Source: Candidatus Babelota bacterium
GTDB lineage: Bacteria; Babelota; Babeliae; Babelales; CAIQNR01
Direction: 5' to 3'
Assembly: GCA_965658655.1 (NCBI GenBank)
Contig: CBFHTA010000001.1
Coordinates: 8,722-72,721, forward strand
DNA: 64,000 bases
The notes beneath the pieces were generated by a model that did not search any database, was not told the origin of the DNA, and saw only the letters and a list, made by a program, of their open reading frames with translations. Positions 19,864 through 29,953 of the stretch are shown here, in pieces. The stretch's first letter is position 1. Each line of letters opens with the position of its first letter. A program made the translations under genes and the position numbers.

Positions 19864-20670
19864 TCAATTAGAATTTTGAACCTTAACTACATTTTTATCT
19901 TGGCGGGCTAATCTCTTTCTAATCCCAACCCTGGTTCGTTTTTTACCACTACGAGATTTTCTCTCATACCGATTCCCCCCATCTCTTTCTTTTCCCTTAG
20001 CCTTTTGTTGTTTTTTATTAAGGTGTGCTTTTTTGGCTTTTACTTTTGAAGTCTTTTGAGCTTTCTGTTTCTTCACCTCTTCTCTTTTATCCTTTTTCAT
20101 AAACGGCTTAAAGAAAAAACGTTTCCCTTTTTTAGCCTTTTTAATTTTTGAAGTCTTTTGAGCTTTCTTTTTATCTGTATAATTAACTTTTAAATCTTTT
20201 TTCCACAGATTAAGATTTTGATTTATTTTTCTATGTCTTCTTGCTGTAGTTTTCTCAGTGCTAACAAAAACCTTTTCGACTTTCGTTTTCCCTTTAGGAC
20301 CTTCTAAGGATATTGAAATTTCCTCGCCTGACTGCTTTTTATTTACCTTTTTTTTAGAATGAATCTTTTTTTTCTTTTTAGCTTTGCGCTTTTCTTTCTT
20401 CAATCGCTTTAAATCTTTATTCTGCTTAGATTCTACTTGCTTAACTTTCTTAGACTCTTTCTTCTCCGCTAATTTAACCTTTTTCTTCTCAAGTCTTTCT
20501 GCTTTAAGCTCTTTTTCTTCACTAACCGATTTCTGGTTTTTATGTTGAGCGCGTATTCTTGAAGCATGATCTGTAGCTGGATGTACCTTTATTGCTTCGG
20601 TGACACCTTGTATAGACATCATAAAGATACTTAATACTATAAAAACAAATGGGAACGAACGGCTTCTCAT
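19864..20670 (-). CDS. Extremely Lys/Arg-rich exported protein
   Basis: AGGAGAG RBS, hydrophobic N-terminus, low-complexity basic body. Confidence 0.75.
   Translation of the reverse strand: MRSRSFPFVFIVLSIFMMSIQGVTEAIKVHPATDHASRIRAQHKNQKSVSEEKELKAERLEKKKVKLAEKKESKKVKQVESKQNKDLKRLKKEKRKAKKKKKIHSKKKVNKKQSGEEISISLEGPKGKTKVEKVFVSTEKTTARRHRKINQNLNLWKKDLKVNYTDKKKAQKTSKIKKAKKGKRFFFKPFMKKDKREEVKKQKAQKTSKVKAKKAHLNKKQQKAKGKERDGGNRYERKSRSGKKRTRVGIRKRLARQDKNVVKVQNSN
20044..20168. repeat. 23-bp direct repeat inside the Lys-rich gene
   Basis: TTTTGAAGTCTTTTGAGCTTTCT at 20044-20066 and 20146-20168, encoding KAQKTSK twice. Confidence 0.85.
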
Positions 20671-20893
20671 GATCTCTCCTTTTTTGCGATCTCAAGCACA
20701 ATCAATTAGCAGATTATAATAGTAAATTCTTATAATAACTGAACCATTTATGCAATGATTAAGACACTTTGAACTCTTTTTTGTTTTTGTACGTAATTTT
20801 GCTCTTCTTTGTCTGAACATTTGATTTTGAATGGCTCAAAAAGCTATAGTGTATAACCTGTGTTATAGTACAAGAAAGAAGGTAGACCAAACC

Positions 20894-21175
20894 ATGAAGA
20901 AAAAAACCTTTATTGTTTTATTCTTAGCAGTACACGTCCTTTTTATTGCACTTCAAATCGATAAGCAAAGCCGAATGGTAAAATTATCGTATACAAAACA
21001 AAAAGAAGAACAAACACTCAAAACTCTTCTCAATAAAAAACAAGCTCTTATTAATAAGATTTATATGCTTAAAAATAAGAATGAAATTAAAACATATGCC
21101 CAAAGCCATTTAAAAATGAAACCCTTAAAAATAAAACAAGTGCAAAGGATTCCTGGTCATGGACAGCACACATAA
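20894..21175 (+). CDS. FtsL-like cell division protein
   Basis: Short basic N-terminus, one TM, coiled coil, A...L.M motif; overlaps the PBP gene start. Confidence 0.65.
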   Translation: MKKKTFIVLFLAVHVLFIALQIDKQSRMVKLSYTKQKEEQTLKTLLNKKQALINKIYMLKNKNEIKTYAQSHLKMKPLKIKQVQRIPGHGQHT

Positions 21176-22796
21176 AACCCGTACCACATTCGTTTTTTTT
21201 ATTTTTTGCTCTCTTTTCTGCATCGGCTTAGTTAATCTCTATACCCTACAAATAAAACAGCACACTTTTTTTACTGATCTTGGACAACAACAATATTATG
21301 TTACACAAACCTCTTATCCACCACGAGCTCAAATTTTAGATCGAAACAATATACCGCTAGCAGTCAATAAAGAAACTCTCTCAGCCTTCATGCTCCCACG
21401 CATGGTCAAAGAGAAAACCACTTTAAAACGCTTCTTAAAGAAACATTTTCCTGAAGCTCACGAACGACTCATCAAAAAACCAAACGCTCAATTTGCCTAT
21501 ATAAAAAGAAAAATATCTGAAAAAGAGAAGAAGCTTATTAAGCAAAATGGCATTACAGACATTCATTTCTTAACCGAACCAAGCAGGTTTTACCCTATTG
21601 AAGCTGCAGGAATATTAACAGGCCTAACTAATATCGACAACAAAGGGCTATTTGGGATAGAACTTCAACAAAATACTCAACTCACAGGCAGCCCAACAAC
21701 AACAATACTAGAAAAAGATGCACGTTCAGGTCATTTTTACTTCTCTAAACAAAAAGAAACTAAAGGAAGCGACGGCATACCAGTAGCGTTAACAATTGAT
21801 GGCAACTTACAATTCTTAGTGCAAGAAGAATTAGCTGAAACTGCACAAAAATTTCAGTCTACCCAAGGAGCCGCATTGGTAATGGATCCAGAAACAGGCG
21901 ATATTTTAGCCATGGCTTCATACCCATCTTTTAATCCAAATGACGCTACCATTGAAAGGCAAGAAGCAACAAAAAGTACTGCTATAACAGAAAGCTACGA
22001 ATTTGGTTCTGTCATTAAAACATTCTGTGCGCTGGCTGCCTTAGAAGAAGGTTTGGTTACTCCAGATGAAGAAATCGATTGTATGAACGCAAAAACAGCC
22101 TATGTAGATGGCAGAAAAGTTAATACTGTACTCTCACTAGGCAAAGCAACATTTACGGAAATCATGAAGAAATCTAACAATATTGGAATTGCCAAAATTG
22201 CAAAACGGCTTGATACCAAACTGTATGATCATTACCTTAGATTAGGATTTGGTACAAAAACAGGCATTCCATTCCCTGGTGAACAGTCTGGATTCGTTAT
22301 GCCTCCTGAGCGTTGGTCTAAACAATCTATTATCTCTCTTTCTTACGGATACGAAATAACGAACACCCTTCTTCAGCTTGCTCGCGCTTTTTCTGTCTTT
22401 GCCAACGATGGCTATTTGATTACCCCACGTCTTTTAATGAATCAAGAAGTTCCTACTCCAAAGAAAATCTACTCTACAGAGACAATTAACACTATGCGTC
22501 AAATTTTAGAGGAAGCAACATCAAACCAAGGAACAGGAAAATACGCAGCTGTACACGGTTATACAACCATGGGCAAAACAAGCACCACCAATCTATTAGA
22601 TGAACAAGGCCAGTATGACGAGAATAAAAATACTTATGGATTCGCTGGTATTATAGAAAAAAATGGATATAAACGTGTCATTGCTTGTTTCTTGAAAGAA
22701 TCTAAACGGCACAATTTATACGCTTCAACTGTTTCAGCACCATTATTTGAAAAAATAGCAGAAAAAACATTGATGCATGACAAAATTCTTAGTTAA
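21159..22796 (+). CDS. Class B penicillin-binding protein (FtsI/PBP3-like)
   Basis: RAQILDRN, RFYP, GLFGIE, LTIDGNLQ; SVIK (SxxK), SNN (SxN), KTS in place of KTG. Confidence 0.9.
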   Translation: MDSTHKTRTTFVFFIFCSLFCIGLVNLYTLQIKQHTFFTDLGQQQYYVTQTSYPPRAQILDRNNIPLAVNKETLSAFMLPRMVKEKTTLKRFLKKHFPEAHERLIKKPNAQFAYIKRKISEKEKKLIKQNGITDIHFLTEPSRFYPIEAAGILTGLTNIDNKGLFGIELQQNTQLTGSPTTTILEKDARSGHFYFSKQKETKGSDGIPVALTIDGNLQFLVQEELAETAQKFQSTQGAALVMDPETGDILAMASYPSFNPNDATIERQEATKSTAITESYEFGSVIKTFCALAALEEGLVTPDEEIDCMNAKTAYVDGRKVNTVLSLGKATFTEIMKKSNNIGIAKIAKRLDTKLYDHYLRLGFGTKTGIPFPGEQSGFVMPPERWSKQSIISLSYGYEITNTLLQLARAFSVFANDGYLITPRLLMNQEVPTPKKIYSTETINTMRQILEEATSNQGTGKYAAVHGYTTMGKTSTTNLLDEQGQYDENKNTYGFAGIIEKNGYKRVIACFLKESKRHNLYASTVSAPLFEKIAEKTLMHDKILS

Positions 22797-22807
22797 GGTA
22801 AAAAATT

Positions 22808-23671
22808 ATGATTATGCCAGCAGACATTCCACAAGAACACCAATCCGATTTTGAAAAACGCTATAAAATAATTACCAAAGATACTGATCGGTTATTTATT
22901 TTTGCTGCCGACCAAAAGATGGAACACTTAAATAAAGATTTTTTTGGTCCCGGACTGCCTAAAGAAATTAACAATCCTGATCATATTTTTTCTATTGCAC
23001 AAAAAAGCCCTATTGGTTGCTTTGCAACTCATGTTGGACTCATTACTCGTTACGGATCTGAATATTCTAAAATTCCCTATATTGCAAAGCTCGACGGTAA
23101 AACTAATCTAAACAAAGGCGAACCTTACAGCCAACAAATGTGGTCCGTAAACGATGCCCTTGCATTAAATGTTTCAAATCTATGCGGAGTAGGGTATACG
23201 ATTTATTTAGGAAGTGATTATGAACGAGAAATGCTTACCGAAGCTGCAACTATTGTAACCAACGCACACAAGAATGGGCTCGTTGCTATTCTCTGGATTT
23301 ATCCACGGGGCAAAGATGTTCTGAATGAACATCACCCTGATGTTATCGCTGGATCAGCAGGCATGGCTGCCAGCCTTGGTGCAGACTTTGTGAAAGTACA
23401 AAAACCACTTGAAGATGCAAGCTCGCTACAACAAGCAGTACAAGCAGCTGGCAATACAAAAGTAGTGGTCTCTGGAGGTGCAGCACAAGATCCTAAAATG
23501 TTTTTAAAGGAAGTACATGATCAAATTCACGAAGGACACGTTGCGGGAGCAGCAGTAGGTCGCAATATTTTTCAACATACTCAAGAAGTAGCAGTCAAAA
23601 TGGCAACGGCACTTTCAGAAATAATTTATAGAAACACAAGTTTAAGAGATGCGTTAAAATTTCTAGACTAA
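22808..23671 (+). CDS. Class I fructose-bisphosphate aldolase (DhnA type)
   Basis: AADQKMEH, WIYPRG, LGADFVK (Schiff-base Lys), SGG, GRNIFQ. Confidence 0.88.
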   Translation: MIMPADIPQEHQSDFEKRYKIITKDTDRLFIFAADQKMEHLNKDFFGPGLPKEINNPDHIFSIAQKSPIGCFATHVGLITRYGSEYSKIPYIAKLDGKTNLNKGEPYSQQMWSVNDALALNVSNLCGVGYTIYLGSDYEREMLTEAATIVTNAHKNGLVAILWIYPRGKDVLNEHHPDVIAGSAGMAASLGADFVKVQKPLEDASSLQQAVQAAGNTKVVVSGGAAQDPKMFLKEVHDQIHEGHVAGAAVGRNIFQHTQEVAVKMATALSEIIYRNTSLRDALKFLD

Positions 23672-23705
23672 TCTTTCGATACAGTTCATAGAGAAGATTT
23701 ATTTA

Positions 23706-23737
23706 CAAAAAAGAGACGCTCAATCGAACGTCTCTTA
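23706..23737. terminator. Intrinsic terminator between convergent genes
   Basis: AAGAGACG...CGTCTCTT hairpin flanked by an A-tract. Confidence 0.65.
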
Positions 23738-23757
23738 TAATTTTAATCGAAAAAGCT

Positions 23758-24276
23758 TTATGCAATAATTGCATTTACTTCTTCCAATTGCTCTTTTAAA
23801 GTAGCTGCTTTGTACGCTAGTGCTCTCCATTTAACCACAGAGTACACTGTAGCTACTGTAGCAACTACTGCAACACCCGCAACTGACTTTGGATGACCAA
23901 CTACAAAAGATTCAACTCCTGCTACACCATTATGAGCTAATGCTTTAATTGCTGTAGGAATAGCTTTCACAGAAGTGACTACTCCATCATTAGAGTCTGT
24001 ACCTTTATCTTCAGTAACATCTAAATCTTCATCTTTTAAATCACAATCACAATCAGAAGAACACATAGGTAAAATTACTTCTATAGTTTCACTAGCATCT
24101 TCATCTGCTGAATCAAAAAATGTTTTACTATAGTCTATTAAACTACCTGCAAGGCTTGAAAATCCAGTGTAAACTGCTGACCCTGTATCTTCTTGAACTT
24201 GAATCTTAACAGGAGTTGAGTTTAATCCTGTTGTAATAAGCAAAGCAAGAGCTAAGTAACGTAGTTTGCTATTCAT
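23758..24276 (-). CDS. Hypothetical exported/membrane protein
   Basis: Signal-like N-terminus, acidic middle, C-terminal hydrophobic helix. Confidence 0.7.
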   Translation of the reverse strand: MNSKLRYLALALLITTGLNSTPVKIQVQEDTGSAVYTGFSSLAGSLIDYSKTFFDSADEDASETIEVILPMCSSDCDCDLKDEDLDVTEDKGTDSNDGVVTSVKAIPTAIKALAHNGVAGVESFVVGHPKSVAGVAVVATVATVYSVVKWRALAYKAATLKEQLEEVNAIIA

Positions 24277-24301
24277 GTAATAACACCCTTATGTATAATA
24301 A

Positions 24302-24844
24302 TTAAACAATCGTTTTCTTCTTACTCACTTCGCCAACTACTCTTTTTTTTATTTTTAGTTTTTCTTTAATATCATACTTAAGAATTACGCATTGACGTAA
24401 AAGCTCTTTCTTACTTTCTACATTTTTTACCGTTGATAACTGTTTTTTAATAGTATAAAAATCATGCAAGTCTTGTTTTAAAGATGCATTACTTGAAAAC
24501 ATAGCAACAATTGAAGCAATTCTACTTCCTGCAAAGTCTTTCCAGTTATACGCTGTTGGTAATTTTTCACCCATACATTGAGTAATAATAAATTCAGACT
24601 CATTCTTAGCAAAAGACATTACACTTTTAGTAACACTCTTTGCAGTAATTTTGCCTTTAATAGTTCCAACTACTACAGGAAATTCATATTTAAAGCCAAA
24701 ATCATTTGACTTAATTAGAACCTTAACACCTGTAATTGGTGTCATAATTTCCCAATCAGCATCGACAAATGCGTGCACAGAAACACTGACACATAATGTA
24801 AATGCTAGTATAAAAGAACGAATAGTTTTCATAAAATCCCTCAA
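24302..24844 (-). CDS. Hypothetical exported protein
   Basis: MKTIRSFILAFTLCVSVSVHA signal. Confidence 0.7.
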   Translation of the reverse strand: MRDFMKTIRSFILAFTLCVSVSVHAFVDADWEIMTPITGVKVLIKSNDFGFKYEFPVVVGTIKGKITAKSVTKSVMSFAKNESEFIITQCMGEKLPTAYNWKDFAGSRIASIVAMFSSNASLKQDLHDFYTIKKQLSTVKNVESKKELLRQCVILKYDIKEKLKIKKRVVGEVSKKKTIV

Positions 24845-24987
24845 ATAAAAAAGCCCTCAATACATGATTGAAGGCCAAATAACCCTAACCCTTCTGAATT
24901 TCAACTTAAATCCAAGGAGACTTTAGTTTATCTACTAAAGTATTTTTGTCAAAAACAACAACTCGCAAACCTCCTCCGAGAGGCGAT

Positions 24988-25003
24988 ATAGCAACGTTGC
25001 TAT
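24988..25003. promoter_or_regulatory. Perfect 16-bp palindrome, possible operator
   Basis: ATAGCAACGTTGCTAT in a divergent intergenic region. Confidence 0.45.
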
Positions 25004-25111
25004 CTATTTGTTTTTCCTTTAATTAATTAAGATAAGAATTTAGATCTTGTCTTTGTTGCAAGGCTCTTTTAAGATCATTAACATTGCATAGTTTGAAAAA
25101 AGGATATTGTA

Positions 25112-26560
25112 ATGACAAAAAAAGTTTTATATAGCGCTCTTCTTTTAGTTTGTTTTTCGCTTGCCGCTAAAATAGATAAAAGCGGTCAAACATTTCTCTT
25201 CACACGCCCCTGTGGGCAAAATTTAGGATTCAGCGAAGTATTTTGGTATGGTGTTCCACTCAATGATACAGAAAAAACTGGTGCTCGCATAAGCACGTAC
25301 TATCAAAAATCTCGTAAAGCAGACAGGATTAAACAATATTTTTTACCGAAAAACAAAGGAAGCGTCCGCTTTGGTACGGCAGGAACTGCAACAACCGATG
25401 CATTACCTGTATGGTTTGGCCTTCATCACGCTTTTAAAGGAACCGTTACTTTTGCCCCAGAACAAAAACAGGTTGGCGGAAGTATTGATATTCGTCATAA
25501 AATTGGTCCGATTTTTGGTTCGAGCTTCTTTAAAGACTGGTGGGTGCAACTCACCGTTGGCTTAGCCGATGTAAAAAACAATATGCACTTAACACAAAAT
25601 GTAGAAACTGAACCTGCCACTACCAATACAGTGCACGACCTAACAACCGCTTTTAAAAACGCAGACTGGAACTATTTAAAGATTGACGGAGAACAATCAC
25701 GCTCAGGTCTCTCTGAGATTCGCTTGGGTATTGGAACTACATTTATTTCAAACGGTCGTATGTATGCTTCAAGTTATTCCGCCCTTTCTTTTCCAGGCAA
25801 AGGAGTTACCCCTAATACTTATATGTTTGATAGCCAAGTTGGTTTTAATAAACATGTTGGTCTGGTATGGGGACTTAATTTACAAGCACCTCTCACGCAT
25901 GAAACCAAAGACTACTTAATAACATTTAATATTAACTTAGAGAACAATTTTTTAATTCGTAATCACCAGTTTAGAACATTCGACCTCAACGATCATTCTG
26001 GCATACCCATAACAACAGAACCTGTTGCAAACTCTAGAGAATGGAGCCGTTATTTACTTATGCGTCACAAAGATGAAACCGGAGCAGTAACCGTTCCTGG
26101 TGTAAATGTTTTAACTCACAAAGTACGTGTGTCTCCACACGCTCTTGTAGACTTTACCGCAAGCTTACGTGGAACTTCTGGACGCCTTCAAGGGGAAATT
26201 GGTTATGGATTATGGGCACATGGTGGAGATACAGTTAAAATTACAGACTCAAATCCATGGATAGAAGAATACCAAATTGCAGGAGAGACAGCAGCGCAAT
26301 GGGCAAAAGATGCTACCTTAAAAAGTCGAGGAACAGAAAGCGCAACTTTCACGCCCATTAGAGCAACCGATCTTAATTTAAAATCTGCAGGTATGCTCCC
26401 CGCAGTTATTTATAGATTTCATGCCTACGTGAATATGAAAACAGAATCATCAAAGAATCCAATGCATGTAGGATTTGGTACTTTTGTAGAGTTTCCACGC
26501 AATACCACCAAAGCCCTCTCAACATACGGAATTTGGTTCAACGCTGGTGGATCATTATAA
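25112..26560 (+). CDS. Hypothetical exported protein, probable outer-membrane beta-barrel
   Basis: Signal peptide, many alternating aromatic/Gly strand-like segments, ends YGIWFNAGGSL. Confidence 0.6.
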   Translation: MTKKVLYSALLLVCFSLAAKIDKSGQTFLFTRPCGQNLGFSEVFWYGVPLNDTEKTGARISTYYQKSRKADRIKQYFLPKNKGSVRFGTAGTATTDALPVWFGLHHAFKGTVTFAPEQKQVGGSIDIRHKIGPIFGSSFFKDWWVQLTVGLADVKNNMHLTQNVETEPATTNTVHDLTTAFKNADWNYLKIDGEQSRSGLSEIRLGIGTTFISNGRMYASSYSALSFPGKGVTPNTYMFDSQVGFNKHVGLVWGLNLQAPLTHETKDYLITFNINLENNFLIRNHQFRTFDLNDHSGIPITTEPVANSREWSRYLLMRHKDETGAVTVPGVNVLTHKVRVSPHALVDFTASLRGTSGRLQGEIGYGLWAHGGDTVKITDSNPWIEEYQIAGETAAQWAKDATLKSRGTESATFTPIRATDLNLKSAGMLPAVIYRFHAYVNMKTESSKNPMHVGFGTFVEFPRNTTKALSTYGIWFNAGGSL

Positions 26561-26579
26561 GTTCTAAAAGCCCAACAGA

Positions 26580-26607
26580 TTGACCAATCAATAGAAATTG
26601 ATATACT
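26580..26607 (+). promoter_or_regulatory. Sigma70-type promoter
   Basis: TTGACC-16 bp-TATACT with TG extended -10. Confidence 0.55.
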
Positions 26608-26639
26608 TCCCGTACAATAAAAACCTTCTTTGATAGGGA

Positions 26640-27011
26640 ATGTTACTTATGAAAAATAAATTATTATTGGTTGCACTTTTAGTAAACGCAACCGTGGCAC
26701 AAGCAGAATATACAATTGTAAGAGAAAATAATTTTGCACCAGACAACGCTTATTCATACGAAAATGTAGGAAGACTTGCAGCTAGTAAAGATGCAAATAT
26801 ACGTATGGTGGACGCATATGTACGCCAAGTAGACAATGAAATTTTCATAAGTAGAGTTGCTACAGGTATTATTGCAGCAATATTTACAAATTTTATTTGC
26901 ACCACAACTGCTAGCTGGTGGCAAAACTATAAAGCTCTCTGCGCTAAAAAAAACGCAGAAGTTCAAGAAATCAAAACTAAATCGAACAAAGTTATTTCTA
27001 CTCTAGGATAA
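26640..27011 (+). CDS. Hypothetical exported protein
   Basis: MKNKLLLVALLVNATVAQA signal, internal hydrophobic helix. Confidence 0.7.
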   Translation: MLLMKNKLLLVALLVNATVAQAEYTIVRENNFAPDNAYSYENVGRLAASKDANIRMVDAYVRQVDNEIFISRVATGIIAAIFTNFICTTTASWWQNYKALCAKKNAEVQEIKTKSNKVISTLG

Positions 27012-27014
27012 CTC

Positions 27015-27254
27015 ATGAGTAATTCTAGATTTCTGAGTGTTGCACTTGTAACGCTCTTGGGAACTTTTTCAATACATTCTGCAACAAAATCTGATCCTCT
27101 TAATCGACTTAAAGCACACATTATGAAACAGGTTACAAAAGAATTAGATAAGAAAATCATAAAAAGATCTACTCAGGCAAGTATAGCAACAGCAACTCTT
27201 CTTATAGTAGCACAGCTTTTTAAACCAAAAGAAAAAAAGAAAATACCTTTATAA
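27015..27254 (+). CDS. Small hypothetical exported/membrane protein
   Basis: Signal-like N-terminus, hydrophobic helix then basic tail; starts 3 bp after the previous stop. Confidence 0.6.
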   Translation: MSNSRFLSVALVTLLGTFSIHSATKSDPLNRLKAHIMKQVTKELDKKIIKRSTQASIATATLLIVAQLFKPKEKKKIPL

Positions 27255-27289
27255 AAAATTAAGCCCGGATTTCTCCGGGCTTTTTCTTT
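27255..27289. terminator. Bidirectional intrinsic terminator
   Basis: AAGCCCGGA-TTTC-TCCGGGCTTTTT. Confidence 0.8.
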
Positions 27290-27302
27290 GCTTACTAATT
27301 TC

Positions 27303-28946
27303 TTAGTACATTCCTGGCATACCACCCATTCCTGGAGCTCCAGGTGCTGGAGGCATTGCATCTTTCTTCTCTTCTGGAAGATCTGCAATTACCGTTTCTG
27401 TAGTAATCATAAGACCAGCAATAGATGCTGCATTTTGAAGTGCAGTACGTGTGACCTTAGCAGGATCAACAATACCCGCTTTAACCATATCAACATACTT
27501 ACCATTTTTTGCATCAAAACCAATTTCTGTTTTTTCGTTGCGAACTTTTTCTACAACAACAGAAGCTTCGAATCCTGCATTTTGTGCAATAATACGAGCC
27601 GGTTCTTCTAAAGCACGGCGAATAATAGAAACACCGAGCTTCTCGTCACCTTCTGCTTCTACTTTATCTACCGCAGCTTGTGCACGTAGCAATGCAGTAC
27701 CACCACCCGCTACAATACCTTCTTCTACAGCAGCACGAGTTGCATGAAATGCATCTTCAATACGATCTTTCTTTTCTTTCATTTCTGTTTCTGTAGCAGC
27801 ACCAACTTTAATAACTGCAACACCGCCAGCCAATTTAGCCAAACGCTCTTTCAGTTTTTCTTTATCGTACTCAGAATCACTGTTTTCAATTTGCATTCTG
27901 ATTTGTGCTACACGACCATCAATAGCCGCTTTTTCACCAGCACCATCAACAACAATAGTATGATCTTTTGTGATAACTACTTTTTTAGCAGTACCAAGAT
28001 CAGCCAACGTCATGTTCTCTAATTTAATGCCAAGTTCTTCTGAAACAACTTTACCACCGGTCAATGCAGCAATATCTTCTAGCATTGCTTTACGACGATC
28101 ACCAAATCCAGGCGCTTTAACCGCAACCGCATTCAATGTTCCACGAATTTTGTTTACAACTAAAGTTGCAAGCGCTTCGCCTTCAATGTCTTCTGCAATA
28201 ATTAAAAGCTGTTTACCTGTTTTTGCAACTTGCTCTAATACAGGAAGCAGAGACTTCATAGAAGTTATTTTTTTCTCGTGAATCAAAATTGCAGGACTTG
28301 CAAGATCAGCTTCCATCTTCTCTGTGTTAGTCACAAAGTATGGAGACAAGTAACCACGATCAAACTGCATACCTTCAACAATTTCAAGTTCGTTTTCCAT
28401 GCCTTTAGCTTCTTCAACAGTAATTACACCGTCACGGCCTACACGGTCCATAGCTTCAGCAATTTGTTGCCCAATAACTGTGTCTGAATTTGCAGAAATA
28501 GTTGCAACTTGCTCAATTTCTTTTTTGCTATCAACTTTTTTAGCAGACGCTTTAACACTTTCTACTGCAGCTGCAACAGCTTTATCAATACCACGTTTAA
28601 GTTCCATTGGATTAGCACCAGCAGTAACATATTTGTTACCTTCACGGAAAACTGATTGTGCCAAAACAGTTGCTGTTGTTGTTCCATCACCTGCTACGTC
28701 TGCAGTTTTAGAAGCAACTTCTTTAACCAACTGAGCACCCATGTTTTCTAGGTTATCAGTTAGATCAATTTCTTTAGCAACAGTTACGCCATCTTTAGTA
28801 ATCCCTGGAGAACCAAACGACTTACCGTAAGCAACGTTACGACCACGGGGCCCAAGAGTTACCTTAATTGCATCTGCTAGAGTATCTACACCACGACGAA
28901 TTTTATCGCGAGCATCGATACCGAATAAAATCTTTTTTCCAGCCAT
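27303..28946 (-). CDS. groL: Chaperonin GroEL
   Basis: [30 protein letters not shown]-type tail. Confidence 0.99.
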   Translation of the reverse strand: MAGKKILFGIDARDKIRRGVDTLADAIKVTLGPRGRNVAYGKSFGSPGITKDGVTVAKEIDLTDNLENMGAQLVKEVASKTADVAGDGTTTATVLAQSVFREGNKYVTAGANPMELKRGIDKAVAAAVESVKASAKKVDSKKEIEQVATISANSDTVIGQQIAEAMDRVGRDGVITVEEAKGMENELEIVEGMQFDRGYLSPYFVTNTEKMEADLASPAILIHEKKITSMKSLLPVLEQVAKTGKQLLIIAEDIEGEALATLVVNKIRGTLNAVAVKAPGFGDRRKAMLEDIAALTGGKVVSEELGIKLENMTLADLGTAKKVVITKDHTIVVDGAGEKAAIDGRVAQIRMQIENSDSEYDKEKLKERLAKLAGGVAVIKVGAATETEMKEKKDRIEDAFHATRAAVEEGIVAGGGTALLRAQAAVDKVEAEGDEKLGVSIIRRALEEPARIIAQNAGFEASVVVEKVRNEKTEIGFDAKNGKYVDMVKAGIVDPAKVTRTALQNAASIAGLMITTETVIADLPEEKKDAMPPAPGAPGMGGMPGMY

Positions 28947-28966
28947 AACATATTTCCTTAGATTAA

Positions 28967-29257
28967 TTACTTAGACTCAACAACACCAAGAATGTCGTCT
29001 TCTTTAAGAATCAAATGTTTGTCATCAAGATCGGTTCCTGAATATTTACCAAAGTAAATCGTATCACCAATTTTTACCGACATTGGCACATTTTTACCAT
29101 TGGTATCAAGACGCCCTGCGCCTACAGCCAACACTTTTCCTGTTTGACCTTTTTCTTTTGCCCCTTCAGGAATATACAATCCACCTTCTGTCTTGTCTTC
29201 AGCTTCAATGCGCTCGACAAACAGACGATCGTAAAGGGGACGGATTTTGTCTACCAC
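28967..29257 (-). CDS. groS: Co-chaperonin GroES
   Basis: [20 protein letters not shown]; directly upstream of groL. Confidence 0.98.
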   Translation of the reverse strand: MVDKIRPLYDRLFVERIEAEDKTEGGLYIPEGAKEKGQTGKVLAVGAGRLDTNGKNVPMSVKIGDTIYFGKYSGTDLDDKHLILKEDDILGVVESK

Positions 29258-29347
29258 AAATCCTCCTTATAATAATTAGAAATAGTTGAATAATTACCCA
29301 TTTAAAGACCCTTTGAGAAAGAGTCTGGCCCTAGTATAACCCAGATT

Positions 29348-29380
29348 AAAAAGAGTGCAATTCTTTATAGAACTGCACTC
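29348..29380 (-). terminator. Intrinsic terminator after the VOC gene
   Basis: Minus strand GAGTGCAGTTCT-ATAA-AGAATTGCACTC followed by TTTTT. Confidence 0.7.
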
Positions 29381-29424
29381 AGATTTTTTGATATATTTTT
29401 GTGTATATCTTGCTTTATTTAAGC

Positions 29425-29874
29425 TTATTTTTTACAGCACCCGCCTTCTTTAGCTTTATCACTGCATCCACCATCGGCACCAGAAATCTTGCCTTCTTTT
29501 TCGAGCACTTCGCGAACTTTTTCATGGGTTGGCTGATAGAGATCAAGCCGATTTCCACTTGGGTCTAAGAAAGAAGCCATAATTCCATGAGTCGCAACCT
29601 CGGGACCAGCAATAAACTCTATTCCGTCTGCTTTAAGCTCTTCGGCCAATGTATTAAGATCAGGAGTATGCAAAATAACCCCTGTATAGGTTCCTTTTTG
29701 CACCTCAGGAGCTGGGCTCAAACCAATCTTAACTTGCCCCAAAGCAAATTCTGCCCATTTGCCTTCTAGCTGAAACAAAAGCTCCAAGCCTAATTTTTTA
29801 TAAAATTCTATTGCTTTTGCCATATCACTTTGCATTAGAACAACCATATAAACTTGAGAAACTTTCTGTGTCAT
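29425..29874 (-). CDS. VOC (glyoxalase/bleomycin resistance) family protein
   Basis: D...AIEFY..LG, G.EF...P, FLDPSGN.L pattern. Confidence 0.85.
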   Translation of the reverse strand: MTQKVSQVYMVVLMQSDMAKAIEFYKKLGLELLFQLEGKWAEFALGQVKIGLSPAPEVQKGTYTGVILHTPDLNTLAEELKADGIEFIAGPEVATHGIMASFLDPSGNRLDLYQPTHEKVREVLEKEGKISGADGGCSDKAKEGGCCKK

Positions 29875-29953
29875 AAAATCCTTTCTAAATAGGTGTGTAT
29901 TACAGTAAGTATAAAAGAATTGAATGTTTTTGTCAGACCCTTAGGAGAATAAA

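Noticed and set aside
27288..28734. Several plus-strand ORFs opposite groL, and similar ones opposite leuS, cysS, uvrB and atpA
   Set aside because: Shadow ORFs on the antisense strand of conserved genes, with no RBS or domain evidence
29353..29380. Possible CIRCE element upstream of groES
   Set aside because: Arms are in the opposite order (GAGTGC...GCACTC) with the wrong spacer, and a T-tract follows on the minus strand; it fits the VOC gene terminator better
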